A DNA stretch of 62,859 nt, the filler included. It is 7 parts of 7 records of this genome, joined end to end, with 100 filler letters (N's around TTAATTAATTAA, not from the genome) between each part and the next. Parts side by side here need not be neighbours in the genome. Positions count along the whole stretch, not along the records: positions 48,118 to 56,228 come from SRR31156797_4728; positions 56,329 to 62,859 come from SRR31156797_4739; 5 more parts are not named here. One strand, 5' to 3'. Made by a program: the position numbers and the translations under genes. Each line of letters begins with the position of its first letter. The stretch's first letter is position 1. The notes beneath the pieces are model-generated. The model saw only the letters and a list, made by a program, of their open reading frames with translations. It made no database searches and was not told where the DNA came from. Positions 51,968-61,248 of this stretch are shown piece by piece.

Positions 51968-52288
51968 GGACAATCCATGACGATATTAATATACTGTGTT
52001 GAAAAATATAAGATAGTTAAAACGTTTAGTTTAGAATGTAAAAAAATGCTCTGTGAGTAAAAAAAATGTAAAAGGTCAATGTGATCAATTGATTCATAAA
52101 ACATATTTTATTTAGAAATGAATTATAAATAGATCGTTATGTGAACTTAAAAAATGATTAAAAAGAGAAACGAACATTATAATATGAAAGATATTATAAT
52201 GTAAAGATGTAATAAGTCATTGACCATATAATTGGAATATGATATTAATTAGTATAGGGGAGAGTTATCTGTGAAGGGAGAATGAAAG

Positions 52289-52531
52289 ATGGATAATGAA
52301 GTTGTAAAAAAGAATTTCAAAAATAGGATAGAAATGTTAGCAAAAAAAATTGATATTGGTAAATTAATTGATGAGAAAATAATTGAAAAAGTTGGAGAAG
52401 ATGAGTATAAAATTTTAGACTTTAACAGATTGCCTAAAAGGATGATTAAAAAAATAAAAAAAGTTAAAGTTGATGACGAGGTAATTGTGGTATTTTCTAA
52501 ACCTGAAAATATTTATAAAATAATTGAGTAA
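52289..52531 (+). CDS. Hypothetical protein
   Basis: 80-aa ORF with GGGAG RBS, followed by a terminator. Confidence 0.6.
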   Translation: MDNEVVKKNFKNRIEMLAKKIDIGKLIDEKIIEKVGEDEYKILDFNRLPKRMIKKIKKVKVDDEVIVVFSKPENIYKIIE

Positions 52532-52549
52532 CCCCCCTTTGGTATCTAT

Positions 52550-52585
52550 AAAAAATTAGAGCAGATTATCTGCTCTAATTTTTTT
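52550..52585. terminator. Bidirectional intrinsic terminator
   Basis: AAAAAATTAGAGCAGA-tta-TCTGCTCTAATTTTTT. Confidence 0.75.
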
Positions 52586-52775
52586 TATGTATTGGAAAAG
52601 TGTAAATTTATGAATTTCTAAAAGTTTCATTACTTTATTTTGTAGAGATAATTTTCGTTTTCATTTTATTTTAATTTGATAGTGAAGCGCTTTTTTTGCA
52701 TAAAATTTAATTATTTTGCTCATAAGGTAATCCTTTGAAAACCAGTGCTTTGCATGTTGAAATTCTACAAAAAAT

Positions 52776-52926
52776 AAAAAAAGCTGACTAAATGTCAGCG
52801 TAATTTTCGAGGCCGGTAACAATGGCGGGGTCATGCTTGTTACCGGCAATTATAAAAGCACTGTAAAACTAGTCACAAGGCGGGGTAATATGTGACTTTA
52901 TTTGTGTTTTACTGTATGAAGTCTTC
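52776..52926 (-). ncRNA. Candidate small RNA with two C-rich-loop hairpins and an intrinsic terminator
   Basis: Promoter at 52933-52961; hairpins at 52863-52912 and 52812-52847, both with an ACCCCGCC loop; terminator GCTGAC-atttA-GTCAGC-U7. Confidence 0.6.
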
Positions 52927-52932
52927 ATTAGA

Positions 52933-52961
52933 AGTATAGCATAAAATATATCAGATGTAAA
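52933..52961 (-). promoter_or_regulatory. Extended -10 sigma70 promoter for the candidate sRNA
   Basis: TTTACA-17 nt-TATACT with TG at the extended -10 position (TGcTATACT). Confidence 0.65.
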
Positions 52962-52982
52962 CCCTATTTACAAAAATAAATA

Positions 52983-54281
52983 TTAAATATTTGTCTCCAA
53001 TATTTCTACCAATTGTCTGCTAAGTTCGGCTGGAGTGAGTATTTTGTCATTGTTTTCCATGAAGATATAGTGTTGCAACATCTTTATTTCATATAAACTG
53101 ATTTTTGTATTTAAGAGCTGCTGACAATAAGCATCGCAAAGGAAAGTATCTTCAATGTAAACCTTAATTGATTGGATGTTATTCGGATTGTATTTTATCT
53201 CAACCTCTTCTCCTATTCGGTCCTTTAGGAGATCATGTTTATAAACCAGATTCTGGTATTTTACTCCTACAGGTTGAATGATTCTTTTACTTCTTACATG
53301 CATCATTAATGCGTTTAAAATCTCTTTTTTAGGAATTATTTCCAGTCTTTCCAGGTTGTTTTCCCAGAACTCTTTTCTAAAGAAATTATGTACATCATTT
53401 ATATATTGTTTGATAGCATTTCGAAAATCAAAGAAGTTTAATTTTGATGGTTCATTTGCTTCGATGTTTTTTAATACGATAGTATTTAAGTTTTCGAAGA
53501 ATGAATCAAGTTTGTAGTTATTAATTCCCGAGAAGAAGTTAATCTCCATATTTAGATTATTTTTTATATCCTCAAGTCGCTTTTTATCCTGTATTTTCAT
53601 ATTATTGACTACGAATTCAACAGGTTTACCATGAACTAAGCATGAATTTTCTTCATCGCTTAGTATACCGGCTCGTAATAAAAATAGAATCTCGTCAATT
53701 TCCGGTATATTGAATGAGATATCAAATGATGCAATTCCTCCGGAGTAATTATCATATACAATATTAAGATATGGTTTCTTTTTACCATCACTTGCCCAGT
53801 CATATATTTCTACATCTAATTGTTCTGATCTAAATTCAAATATTTGATTTGATACTTGTGCCTTGAATAGATCAATTGTAGGATACGTCTTGATAAACGG
53901 ATCTAAATTTTTAATAATCCTATAAACAGTATCGTAACTAATAGTTCGACCTAAGTTTGAATTATCATTATCCAGATACTCTTGGGTTTGTTTATGAGCA
54001 TCCAAAATTTTAATATCCGGATTACCAAAATATAACTCTTTAATATATTCAATTGTTTTTTTATCAGCACTTCTATATGTAGACTTATCTCTTCGAGTGT
54101 TTTTTGCTAAACCTTCTATTCCTTTTTTCTTGTATGTTGAGACCCACCTTTTTAGTGTACTGTAAGGAACACCACTCTCTTCGGCAACAGCTACAAGTTT
54201 CATTTTTTTCTCTATAAAAGGTTTAATGATACTGAATTTCTCTTGTTCGCTAAAAGGATCATTCTTTTTCAAAATTTTCAC
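52983..54281 (-). CDS. Mu/TnsB-like transposase-fold protein (HTH + integrase-like core + Mu_C) with DDE triad substituted
   Basis: HTH VPYSTLKRWVSTYKKKGIEGL...R.DK; ISYDTVYRII; KPYLNIVYDNYSG; Mu C-terminal RIIQPVGVKYQNLVY...IGEEVEIKYNPNNI..IKVY. Confidence 0.75.
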   Translation of the reverse strand: MKILKKNDPFSEQEKFSIIKPFIEKKMKLVAVAEESGVPYSTLKRWVSTYKKKGIEGLAKNTRRDKSTYRSADKKTIEYIKELYFGNPDIKILDAHKQTQEYLDNDNSNLGRTISYDTVYRIIKNLDPFIKTYPTIDLFKAQVSNQIFEFRSEQLDVEIYDWASDGKKKPYLNIVYDNYSGGIASFDISFNIPEIDEILFLLRAGILSDEENSCLVHGKPVEFVVNNMKIQDKKRLEDIKNNLNMEINFFSGINNYKLDSFFENLNTIVLKNIEANEPSKLNFFDFRNAIKQYINDVHNFFRKEFWENNLERLEIIPKKEILNALMMHVRSKRIIQPVGVKYQNLVYKHDLLKDRIGEEVEIKYNPNNIQSIKVYIEDTFLCDAYCQQLLNTKISLYEIKMLQHYIFMENNDKILTPAELSRQLVEILETNI

Positions 54282-54299
54282 CCCAATCTATACCCTATA

Positions 54300-54328
54300 A
54301 TTTTATCTCAAAATTCACTATCTGTCAA
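54300..54328 (-). promoter_or_regulatory. Sigma70 promoter of the TnsB-like gene
   Basis: TTGACA-17 nt-TAAAAT, ending 18 nt upstream of the GTG start. Confidence 0.6.
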
Positions 54329-54527
54329 TGTTTTCTAAGCAGAAGTGTAGGACAGAAAGTTAAAAAACAGAAAAAAAAGTTTAATTATAATACAAAACTA
54401 TGTTTTTGAGCCATAATACTGTTGCAAAAATAATGTATGGTTTATGCGTTTTTCTTCAGGTTTTAGTACGAAAAGATAGGAACAAAAAAGTTTTTTGCAA
54501 AAAAAGCTCATTTAATGACAAAAATTC

Positions 54528-54556
54528 TTGACAAATAGATAAAAAAAGAGTACACT
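54528..54556 (+). promoter_or_regulatory. Sigma70 promoter upstream of ptsH
   Basis: TTGACA-17 nt-TACACT. Confidence 0.6.
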
Positions 54557-54735
54557 TCTTGTAAGTGAAACAGAACGGCGTTAAGAGTTCTAAAAAAGAA
54601 TGATGAGTTCTAAAATGGACAAGGTGATGGGACAGCATAAAAAACAATATTATAACTGAATTTGATTGCAAAATATTGAATTGTAAATTATGCATGACAT
54701 TATTAATTTAAAAAAAATTATGGAGGTAACAAATT

Positions 54736-54996
54736 ATGGTATCAAAATCTGTAGTAATCGAAAACGAAACTGGTATGCACACAAGACCTGCAAACGAATT
54801 TGTAAAGGAAGTTAAAAAATACGAATCAGTTGTAACTCTTGAAGCAAATGGAAAAACAGCTAAAGCAAAATCATTACTTAAAATCCTTTCTTTAGGAATC
54901 AAATGTGGAACAGAAGTAATCATTAATGCTGAAGGTGCAGACGAAACAGCAGCAGCAGAAGAATTAACAGCATTCTTAAAAGACTTAAGAGACTAA
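54736..54996 (+). CDS. ptsH: Phosphocarrier protein HPr
   Basis: GMHTRPA, AKSLLKILSLG, EGADE. Confidence 0.95.
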   Translation: MVSKSVVIENETGMHTRPANEFVKEVKKYESVVTLEANGKTAKAKSLLKILSLGIKCGTEVIINAEGADETAAAEELTAFLKDLRD

Positions 54997-55019
54997 TTAT
55001 TGAACTAAAAATTTAATAA

Positions 55020-55050
55020 AGCTCCCTTTAAATTTATTTAAAAGGGAGCT
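55020..55050 (+). terminator. Hairpin after ptsH
   Basis: AGCTCCCTTT...AAAGGGAGCT. Confidence 0.6.
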
Positions 55051-55281
55051 TGGAAATTTTTTGTGAACTTGTAAACACAAGTTCAGGCTAAAAGAGAAAG
55101 CTCATTAAAAGAGAAAAGTGTATATATTTAATAATTTGTAGAGTGAATGTCTGAGGTTATAGACTCATTATGGTTTAGGATTAGACAATTTCAGTTAATA
55201 CTTTCATTATTGTAATTATGTCGGATATAAACTTCAGTAATTATTTTAACTTTATTAAAAAGCTTTTGTAATTCAATATTA

Positions 55282-56228
55282 TTGATAAAGGAGTGTTGGA
55301 GAAATATGACAAAATTAAAAGGTATAGATGCATCACCTGGTGTTGCAATTGGAACGGTTCTTTTATATGAAGAAAAAGATTTAGTACTAGCAGAAAAAAG
55401 TGAAGTTGGAACAGAGGCAGAAGTTAAAAGACTTATTGAAGGTCAAGCTAAAGCTAAAGTTCAATTAGAAGCAATCAAAGATAAGGCATTTGAAAAAATG
55501 GGTGCAGATAAAGCTGCGATCTTTGACGGGCACATCACTTTATTAGAAGATGAAGAGCTTCTTGATGAAGTTAAAGAAAAAATAGAAGATGATAACATGA
55601 CAGCAGAGTTTGCCTTAAACGAAGGAATTGAAGAATACTGTGAAATGATTAAAAATCTTGATGACGAATATTTAAGAGAAAGAGCAGCCGATTTAGCTGA
55701 TATAGGTAAAAGATGGCTTAACAACATTTTGGGTGTAGAAGTAATGGATTTAGGAAATCTACCTGCGAACTCTGTAATCGTAGCTAAAGATTTAACTCCA
55801 TCTGATACAGCTCAAATGGATCTTGAAAATGTAGCTGGATTTATTACTGAGATCGGTGGAAAAACTGCTCACTCGGCAATCATGGCTAGAACTCTTGAAG
55901 TACCTGCTATCGTAGGAACTAAAGGAATCTTAGAAACTGTAAAAGGTGGAGAGAAGATTATCGTAGATGCTTTAACAGGAGATATTTTAATCAACCCTGA
56001 GGAAACTGAATATCCTACTTACCAAGCTAAAAGAGAAGGATACTTAGCTGCTAAAGAAGAACTTAAAAAATTAAAAGATGCTGTTGCTGAAACAATTGAC
56101 GGACATCAAGTAGCTATGTGGGCTAACATTGGAAGTCCAAAAGATCTTGTTGGAGTTGTTAAAAACGGAGCAGAAGGAATCGGTCTTTACAGAACTGAGT
56201 TCTTATTCATGAATAGTGATAAATTACC
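55282..56228 (+). CDS. ptsI: PTS enzyme I (3' truncated)
   Basis: GIDASPGVAIG, YLRERAADL, DLTPSDTA, GGKTAHSAIMAR, GIGLYRTEFLFM; the true start is probably ATG at 55306. Confidence 0.96.
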
Positions 56229-56328
56229 NNNNNNNNNNNNNNNNNNNNNNNNNNNNNNNNNNNNNNNNNNNNTTAATTAATTAANNNNNNNNNNNNNNNN
56301 NNNNNNNNNNNNNNNNNNNNNNNNNNNN
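56229..56328. other. Artificial contig linker
   Basis: N-run with TTAATTAATTAA. Confidence 0.98.
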
Positions 56329-56473
56329 GCTTAACATCAGAAGAGATGTCTAACTTATCAGTAGTAAATTTCTTATCAGACGTTATATTAGAAGCCTTCT
56401 TAGAATTTACCCCCTCTTTTTTATATGCACTATAAATCCCGTTAATATTTCCCACAACTTTCATCTTCTTCAC
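56329..56473 (-). CDS. flgM: FlgM anti-sigma28 factor, N-terminal fragment
   Basis: MK...Y.K...DKLDISS; position after comF and the YvyF-like gene matches the conserved synteny. Confidence 0.6.
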
Positions 56474-56605
56474 CTCTCCTTCAAAAGTTCTCTATAACTA
56501 TCATCTTATTATTACTATCGTCTTTTTTCTATCAAACTTAAACTCTTTTATAAAAAAATTGTTATAAGTTTTTTTCTAAAGTAAATAGATGACATTATAA
56601 CTATA

Positions 56606-57001
56606 TCATCTTTTTTTTCTTAAAACATGCATGTTGGAATAGTCTAGCATTTCATCTGATTCTTCCAAAGAATCAGGCTTTAAACCACTTTGGCATCTTT
56701 TACATATCCTGCCGATTTTAATAGCCTTTCCACATACACCACACCTGATACTTGGTCTGACATCTTCAGATATCTTTCCAACTTGCTGCCATCTAACTAT
56801 ATCTTCATCAGCTACTTCGGTAGCATCAGCTATTTCCGCTATATTAGCACTTGGATTATCATATATAAATTCTTTAACTTTAATAAAATTATTCTCTTCT
56901 ATCACACGACAGTCAGGGCAAAGATCTGATTCTCTAACCTCTAAATACCGTTTTCCACATTTTATGCACTCTTTATATTTATGAAGCATAGCACTCACCA
57001 C
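56606..57001 (-). CDS. Flagellar operon protein YvyF-like (Zn-ribbon/HTH)
   Basis: CIKCGK...LCPDC...FIKVKEFIYDNP.A...EI...T.V...CGVCG..I..GRICKRC. Confidence 0.8.
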   Translation of the reverse strand: MVSAMLHKYKECIKCGKRYLEVRESDLCPDCRVIEENNFIKVKEFIYDNPSANIAEIADATEVADEDIVRWQQVGKISEDVRPSIRCGVCGKAIKIGRICKRCQSGLKPDSLEESDEMLDYSNMHVLRKKR

Positions 57002-57025
57002 TTATTTAAATAGAATTTTCTTGCG

Positions 57026-57691
57026 CTAACTTACTATTTCTTCCTGAGATTTTATTTTTTTCTTCAAAGTTGATGCAACTGAAAAAGAAAAAACTATTAT
57101 CTTTTCAGGATTACTATTTTTTCTAATCTCTTTAACAATCTCTTTTATAGTAGTTCCTGTTGTTATTACATCGTCTATAATTAAAATTCTTTTTTCTTCA
57201 AAGTTTTCATTAATATTAAAACTATTTTTTATATTTTTATTTCTTAAGTCCTCATTTAATATCTTCGACATTTTTTTAGTATTTTTTACTCTTTTAATTC
57301 CGGTATATTTATAATCAAGATAATTTAGAACCTCTTCAACTTGATTAAAACCTCTATCATTTTCTCTTCTTCGGTTAATTGGAACTGATATTATCGAGTC
57401 AATTTTTTCCTCATAAATCACATGAAAAAGTTTCTCTCTAATAAGCTCTCCTATTATAATAGCAATTTTCTTAATTCCAACACCTTTATATGATAAAAGT
57501 AATTCCTTAAATTCTCCTTTATATTCCCAAATATAATAAAGATTCTCTACCTTCTTCAAGGAGCTGTTTCTCTTGAGTTCTTGAAGACAATTATAACATA
57601 AATAATGCTCTTTGTCACTTGGTTTTTCTTTGCAAACAGGGCATTGCGAATCAAAAATCAGACTACCTATATTCCGGATTGAGCTCTTCAC
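57026..57691 (-). CDS. comF: ComF-family double zinc ribbon/phosphoribosyltransferase
   Basis: CPVC...LCYNC, VP...RGFNQ, ILIIDDVITTGTT. Confidence 0.9.
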   Translation of the reverse strand: MKSSIRNIGSLIFDSQCPVCKEKPSDKEHYLCYNCLQELKRNSSLKKVENLYYIWEYKGEFKELLLSYKGVGIKKIAIIIGELIREKLFHVIYEEKIDSIISVPINRRRENDRGFNQVEEVLNYLDYKYTGIKRVKNTKKMSKILNEDLRNKNIKNSFNINENFEEKRILIIDDVITTGTTIKEIVKEIRKNSNPEKIIVFSFSVASTLKKKIKSQEEIVS

Positions 57692-57863
57692 AATTATCTA
57701 TAATTTTGGCGGAATATACTTCTGTAAAACCACAATTTGAGCAGGTTTTAAAGTAGTATCTTCCCAATTCAAGTTTTATACCGGGTTCTTTCTCCGGTAA
57801 AAACACTGTTTTAACTAAATATTTGTCTGATCCGCATTTTAAACATTTAAATTCCAAAGTCAT
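57663..57863 (-). CDS. Zinc-ribbon nucleic-acid-binding protein (DUF2082-like)
   Basis: FKCLKCG...CSNCGFTEVY; ATG at 57863 after GGGGTG. Confidence 0.7.
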   Translation of the reverse strand: MTLEFKCLKCGSDKYLVKTVFLPEKEPGIKLELGRYYFKTCSNCGFTEVYSAKIIDNCEELNPEYR

Positions 57864-58206
57864 CACCCCAAAAGCCATCCTGAATCCATTCAAGTTTATT
57901 ATTATTTATACTAATAATATCAAATCTCAAATTACAATCATTAAGATTGTTTTGTGTAATATAAAACTGAGCTGCTAAGTAGATTTTCTGTTGTTTTTTT
58001 ATATTTACAGCTTCCTGTGCATATCCAAATTTTGAAGTTTTTCTATATTTAACCTCAACAAAAACTATTGTATTATCTTTTTTTGCAATCAAATCTATCT
58101 CTGCTCTTCTTATTCTATAATTTTTTTCAAGAATTATATAGCCCTGATTTTTAAGATATCTTTCTGCTTGTTCTTCGAAATGTGTTCCTTTAGCTCTTTT
58201 ATTCAT
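57847..58206 (-). CDS. YraN (UPF0102) family protein
   Basis: G...E..A..YL...GY.I...NY...EIDLIA...IVFVEVKYR, RFDII. Confidence 0.92.
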   Translation of the reverse strand: MNKRAKGTHFEEQAERYLKNQGYIILEKNYRIRRAEIDLIAKKDNTIVFVEVKYRKTSKFGYAQEAVNIKKQQKIYLAAQFYITQNNLNDCNLRFDIISINNNKLEWIQDGFWGDDFGI

Positions 58207-58208
58207 AA

Positions 58209-58352
58209 TTATAATTTATCCAAATCACTAATTTCAAAATCTTCACTTTCTTCTATATCTTTTAGAAGTTGTAAAACATCGGAAACCATTTCAAAGATAT
58301 CATCAGGTATTTTATTATATAATTCTCTTAAATTTATCTCTTTTTTCTCCAT
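58209..58352 (-). CDS. 47-aa FlhB-cytoplasmic-domain-like (YlqH-like) peptide
   Basis: Below the ORF-track cutoff: MEKKEINLRELYNKIPDDIFEMVSDVLQLLKDIEESEDFEISDLDKL; AGGAG RBS; sits between the fliK-like gene and yraN. Confidence 0.5.
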   Translation of the reverse strand: MEKKEINLRELYNKIPDDIFEMVSDVLQLLKDIEESEDFEISDLDKL

Positions 58353-58439
58353 TTTTTAACTCCTGTTATTTTTTAAAGTTAAGATGTTTTTATTTAGCTT
58401 TTATCTGAAAAATAATATTTTTATTATAGTGAACTATAA

Positions 58440-59420
58440 TTAACCTCGAATATTTATATTGCCGGCTTTATGTTCTTCTCTAAGTTTTGTTGATACAGAT
58501 ATATCTTCTATAATAAAACCTTTTATTTTGAACTTACCCCGGTATTTTTCAAACTTTTTGAAAAATTGATCTCTATGTATCATCTTTTCAAAATAAAAAT
58601 GTAAAAATAATCTTGTTTCTTTAATTCTAATATGAGTTTCGACCAATCCAAGTCTGTTAAACTCAGTTTTTATAATCAAGTCATATATTTTTTTCTTATT
58701 CTTTTCCTGCTTTTTGAATTTTTTAATAGTTAATGATAAAGGATTTAATAAACTCTCAATAGAAAACAGAAAACTAAGCAAAGCTAACTCTCCGTTAAGT
58801 TTATTTAAAATATTCATTCCTCTATCAGATGCTTCTCTACCTGAAACTATTTTTTCTATCTCTCTTTTTAAATTTTCAGGAAGTTTCTCATCAAGTTTTA
58901 TTTTATCTCTTTTTACCTCTCCGTCATAATAAGCTTTTAAACTACTAATTATATCAGGATTAGTTCTTTCAAGCTTTTCCGCTACCAAAAGAGCTTTTAG
59001 CAATGAAGTATCATTAACTTTCTGAGCTAATTTATTATATTTTTTAAGAATATCATCTATTTCATAATTTTTTAAAAATATTTTTTCCTCTATACTTAAA
59101 GAAAGCAGAAGTTTTTTTACATCAACTTCTACTACTTCTTTTGAGCTTTCAGCAGTAGAATCATTTTCTGCAAGTTTAACAAAGATCTCATTATCTTTAA
59201 CTTTTAAAATTTCAAGTTTAACTATCTCTCCCGGTTTTAACTCTCTATTACTTATTGCTAAAATTTTTAGTCCTTTCAAATCTAACAGAGCTTTTTCACC
59301 ATTAATTTTGATAACTTTAGCATATAGTTTTATTCCAGGTTTAATTTTAATGTCTTTTTGACTTTCAAATCTTTGCTCTTTTATAGAATTAGAAATTATT
59401 TTCTCGAAAATTTTAAACAT
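58440..59420 (-). CDS. FliK/YlqG-like hook-length-control-domain protein
   Basis: C-terminal TEFNRLGLVETHIRI...INIRG; rnhB-X-ylqH-yraN synteny. Confidence 0.55.
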   Translation of the reverse strand: MFKIFEKIISNSIKEQRFESQKDIKIKPGIKLYAKVIKINGEKALLDLKGLKILAISNRELKPGEIVKLEILKVKDNEIFVKLAENDSTAESSKEVVEVDVKKLLLSLSIEEKIFLKNYEIDDILKKYNKLAQKVNDTSLLKALLVAEKLERTNPDIISSLKAYYDGEVKRDKIKLDEKLPENLKREIEKIVSGREASDRGMNILNKLNGELALLSFLFSIESLLNPLSLTIKKFKKQEKNKKKIYDLIIKTEFNRLGLVETHIRIKETRLFLHFYFEKMIHRDQFFKKFEKYRGKFKIKGFIIEDISVSTKLREEHKAGNINIRG

Positions 59421-59449
59421 ATCCCTAACAACTCCAAAGTTCTGTTTTC

Positions 59450-60091
59450 TTAAAAAAGTGTAGGAGCTAAAATCTTAGTTAAAAAACTTTTTCTATGAAT
59501 TTTACATGCACCTAACTTCTTAAGTATCTCTCTATGTTCTTTTGTTCCATATCCCTTATGTTTCTCAAACTTATATTCAGGATAATCATTTGCATATTCT
59601 ACCATCATTCTATCTCTGGTAACCTTTGCAATAATCGACGCTGCTGCAATTGATAAACTCTTTGCATCTCCTTTGATCACAAACTCTTGATCTCCGGTGT
59701 ACTCTCTTATTTTATGATTACCATCAACTAAAATCAAATCTTCATCTATCTCTATCTCATCAAGAGCTTTTCGCATAGCGAAAAAAGTAGCATTCAAAAT
59801 ATTCAGCTTATCTATCTCTTCGGCATGAACAACTCCTACACCTACTTCACAATTCTCTAATATCACATCAAATAATTTTTCTCTTTTTTTCTCAGTAAGT
59901 TTTTTAGAATCATTTATCAGATCAAATTCCGGTAAATACTCTTTTATTCTCACTGATGCAGCTACTACAGGGCCAGCTAAAGGCCCTCTTCCGGCTTCGT
60001 CTACTCCTATTATACTCTTTTTGAACTCCTTATCAAAACTATATAGTTTATTATCTATCACTATTAATTCCTTTCGATTATATTTGATCAA
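59450..60091 (-). CDS. rnhB: Ribonuclease HII
   Basis: GVDEAGRGPLAGPVVAA, DSKKL, LVDGN, KGD, SIAAASIIAKVTRD, HKGYGT. Confidence 0.97.
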   Translation of the reverse strand: MIKYNRKELIVIDNKLYSFDKEFKKSIIGVDEAGRGPLAGPVVAASVRIKEYLPEFDLINDSKKLTEKKREKLFDVILENCEVGVGVVHAEEIDKLNILNATFFAMRKALDEIEIDEDLILVDGNHKIREYTGDQEFVIKGDAKSLSIAAASIIAKVTRDRMMVEYANDYPEYKFEKHKGYGTKEHREILKKLGACKIHRKSFLTKILAPTLF

Positions 60092-60123
60092 AGTTTTTCA
60101 AAATTTACAATAAACTATAAATT

Positions 60124-61056
60124 TTACTTTTCTAAGTTTAAATCCAGTTTTTTCATCATTTTTACAAAATCTTCCGGCAATTCTCCTATAATACTCATAT
60201 AATCACCTGTTACAGGATGTGGGAACTCTAATTTATAAGCATGTAACATCTGCCTGTCTGCCTTAACTTTACCGGAATTACCATAAACTATATCTCCTAA
60301 AATTGGGTGTTTAATATGTTTCATATGAACTCTTATTTGATGAGTTCTTCCTGTTTCTATATTAACCATTACAAGGCTGTGGTTATTATTTCTATCTAAA
60401 ACTTCATAATTTGAAATTGCGTTTTTCCCGTTTTTCTTTACAACTGCCATTTTTTTTCTATCATTAGGATTTCTTCCTATTAGATTTTCTATTCTTCCGG
60501 ATTCTTCCAGGAGATTTCCTTTTACTATACAAAGATATGTTTTTTTAATATCTTTTTTATCTTTAAACATCTCAGTTAATTTAAGATGTGCATTATCATT
60601 TTTGGCTATAATGATTAATCCACTTGTATCTTTGTCCAACCTATGAACTATCCCCGGTCTGATAACACCGTTAATTGTAGACAGGTCTTTTATGTGATAC
60701 ATAATTGCATTTACAAGTGTTCCGTCATAATTCCCAGGTGCAGGATGAACAACCAAATTTGCCTGTTTATTTATAATAGCAATATGTTCATCTTCATAAA
60801 CAATATTAAGTGGAATATTTTCAGCTTCTACATCCAGTTCCTGATCTTCAGGAATTTTAACGATAATTACTTCATTTCCTTTTAGTTTAATCCCTGACTT
60901 AACTTTATTTTGTTTTTTTATATCTATAAAATTATCATCAATTAATGTTTTAATATATGATCTCGTTAGACCTTCCAGATTTTCAGCTAAATAAGCATCT
61001 AATCTTTTTCCTTTATCATCTATATCAACTTCTAGTTCTATTACTTCTTTAAACAT
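60124..61056 (-). CDS. rluD: RluA/RluD-family pseudouridine synthase
   Basis: S4 domain RLD.YL, VHPAPG, GIVHRLDKDTSGL, TGRTHQIRVH. Confidence 0.92.
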   Translation of the reverse strand: MFKEVIELEVDIDDKGKRLDAYLAENLEGLTRSYIKTLIDDNFIDIKKQNKVKSGIKLKGNEVIIVKIPEDQELDVEAENIPLNIVYEDEHIAIINKQANLVVHPAPGNYDGTLVNAIMYHIKDLSTINGVIRPGIVHRLDKDTSGLIIIAKNDNAHLKLTEMFKDKKDIKKTYLCIVKGNLLEESGRIENLIGRNPNDRKKMAVVKKNGKNAISNYEVLDRNNNHSLVMVNIETGRTHQIRVHMKHIKHPILGDIVYGNSGKVKADRQMLHAYKLEFPHPVTGDYMSIIGELPEDFVKMMKKLDLNLEK

Positions 61057-61173
61057 TTAAATTCCTTTCAATTTAAAACATATTTTTACCATTATATTAT
61101 ACTTATAATATCTATAAAAAGTCAAAGTATTTAATAAAATAAGCTGACAAAATTTTTAAAGATCAAATAAAAA

Positions 61174-61197
61174 CAAGCCCTTTAAAATAAGGACTTG
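61174..61197 (-). terminator. Probable terminator after the YbaK gene
   Basis: ACAAG(C)CCTT...AAGG(A)CTTGT preceded by an A-run on +. Confidence 0.5.
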
Positions 61198-61248
61198 TAA
61201 TTTAACTTTATATTATCTAGCTATTTATTAATCAGCTTCTAGAAAACA

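Noticed and set aside
52661-52849. 62-aa minus-strand ORF overlapping the candidate sRNA
   Set aside because: TTG start without an RBS, runs through a terminator, no protein-like features
52550-54735. Active Tn7/Mu-like transposon or CAST around the TnsB-like gene
   Set aside because: No tnsC, tniQ or cas genes, no terminal repeats or arrayed TnsB sites found, and catalytic residues substituted
10034-56328. Six regularly recurring TTAATTAATTAA motifs inside N-runs
   Set aside because: Artificial linkers. They are not biological repeats, and gene neighbourhoods across them are meaningless.
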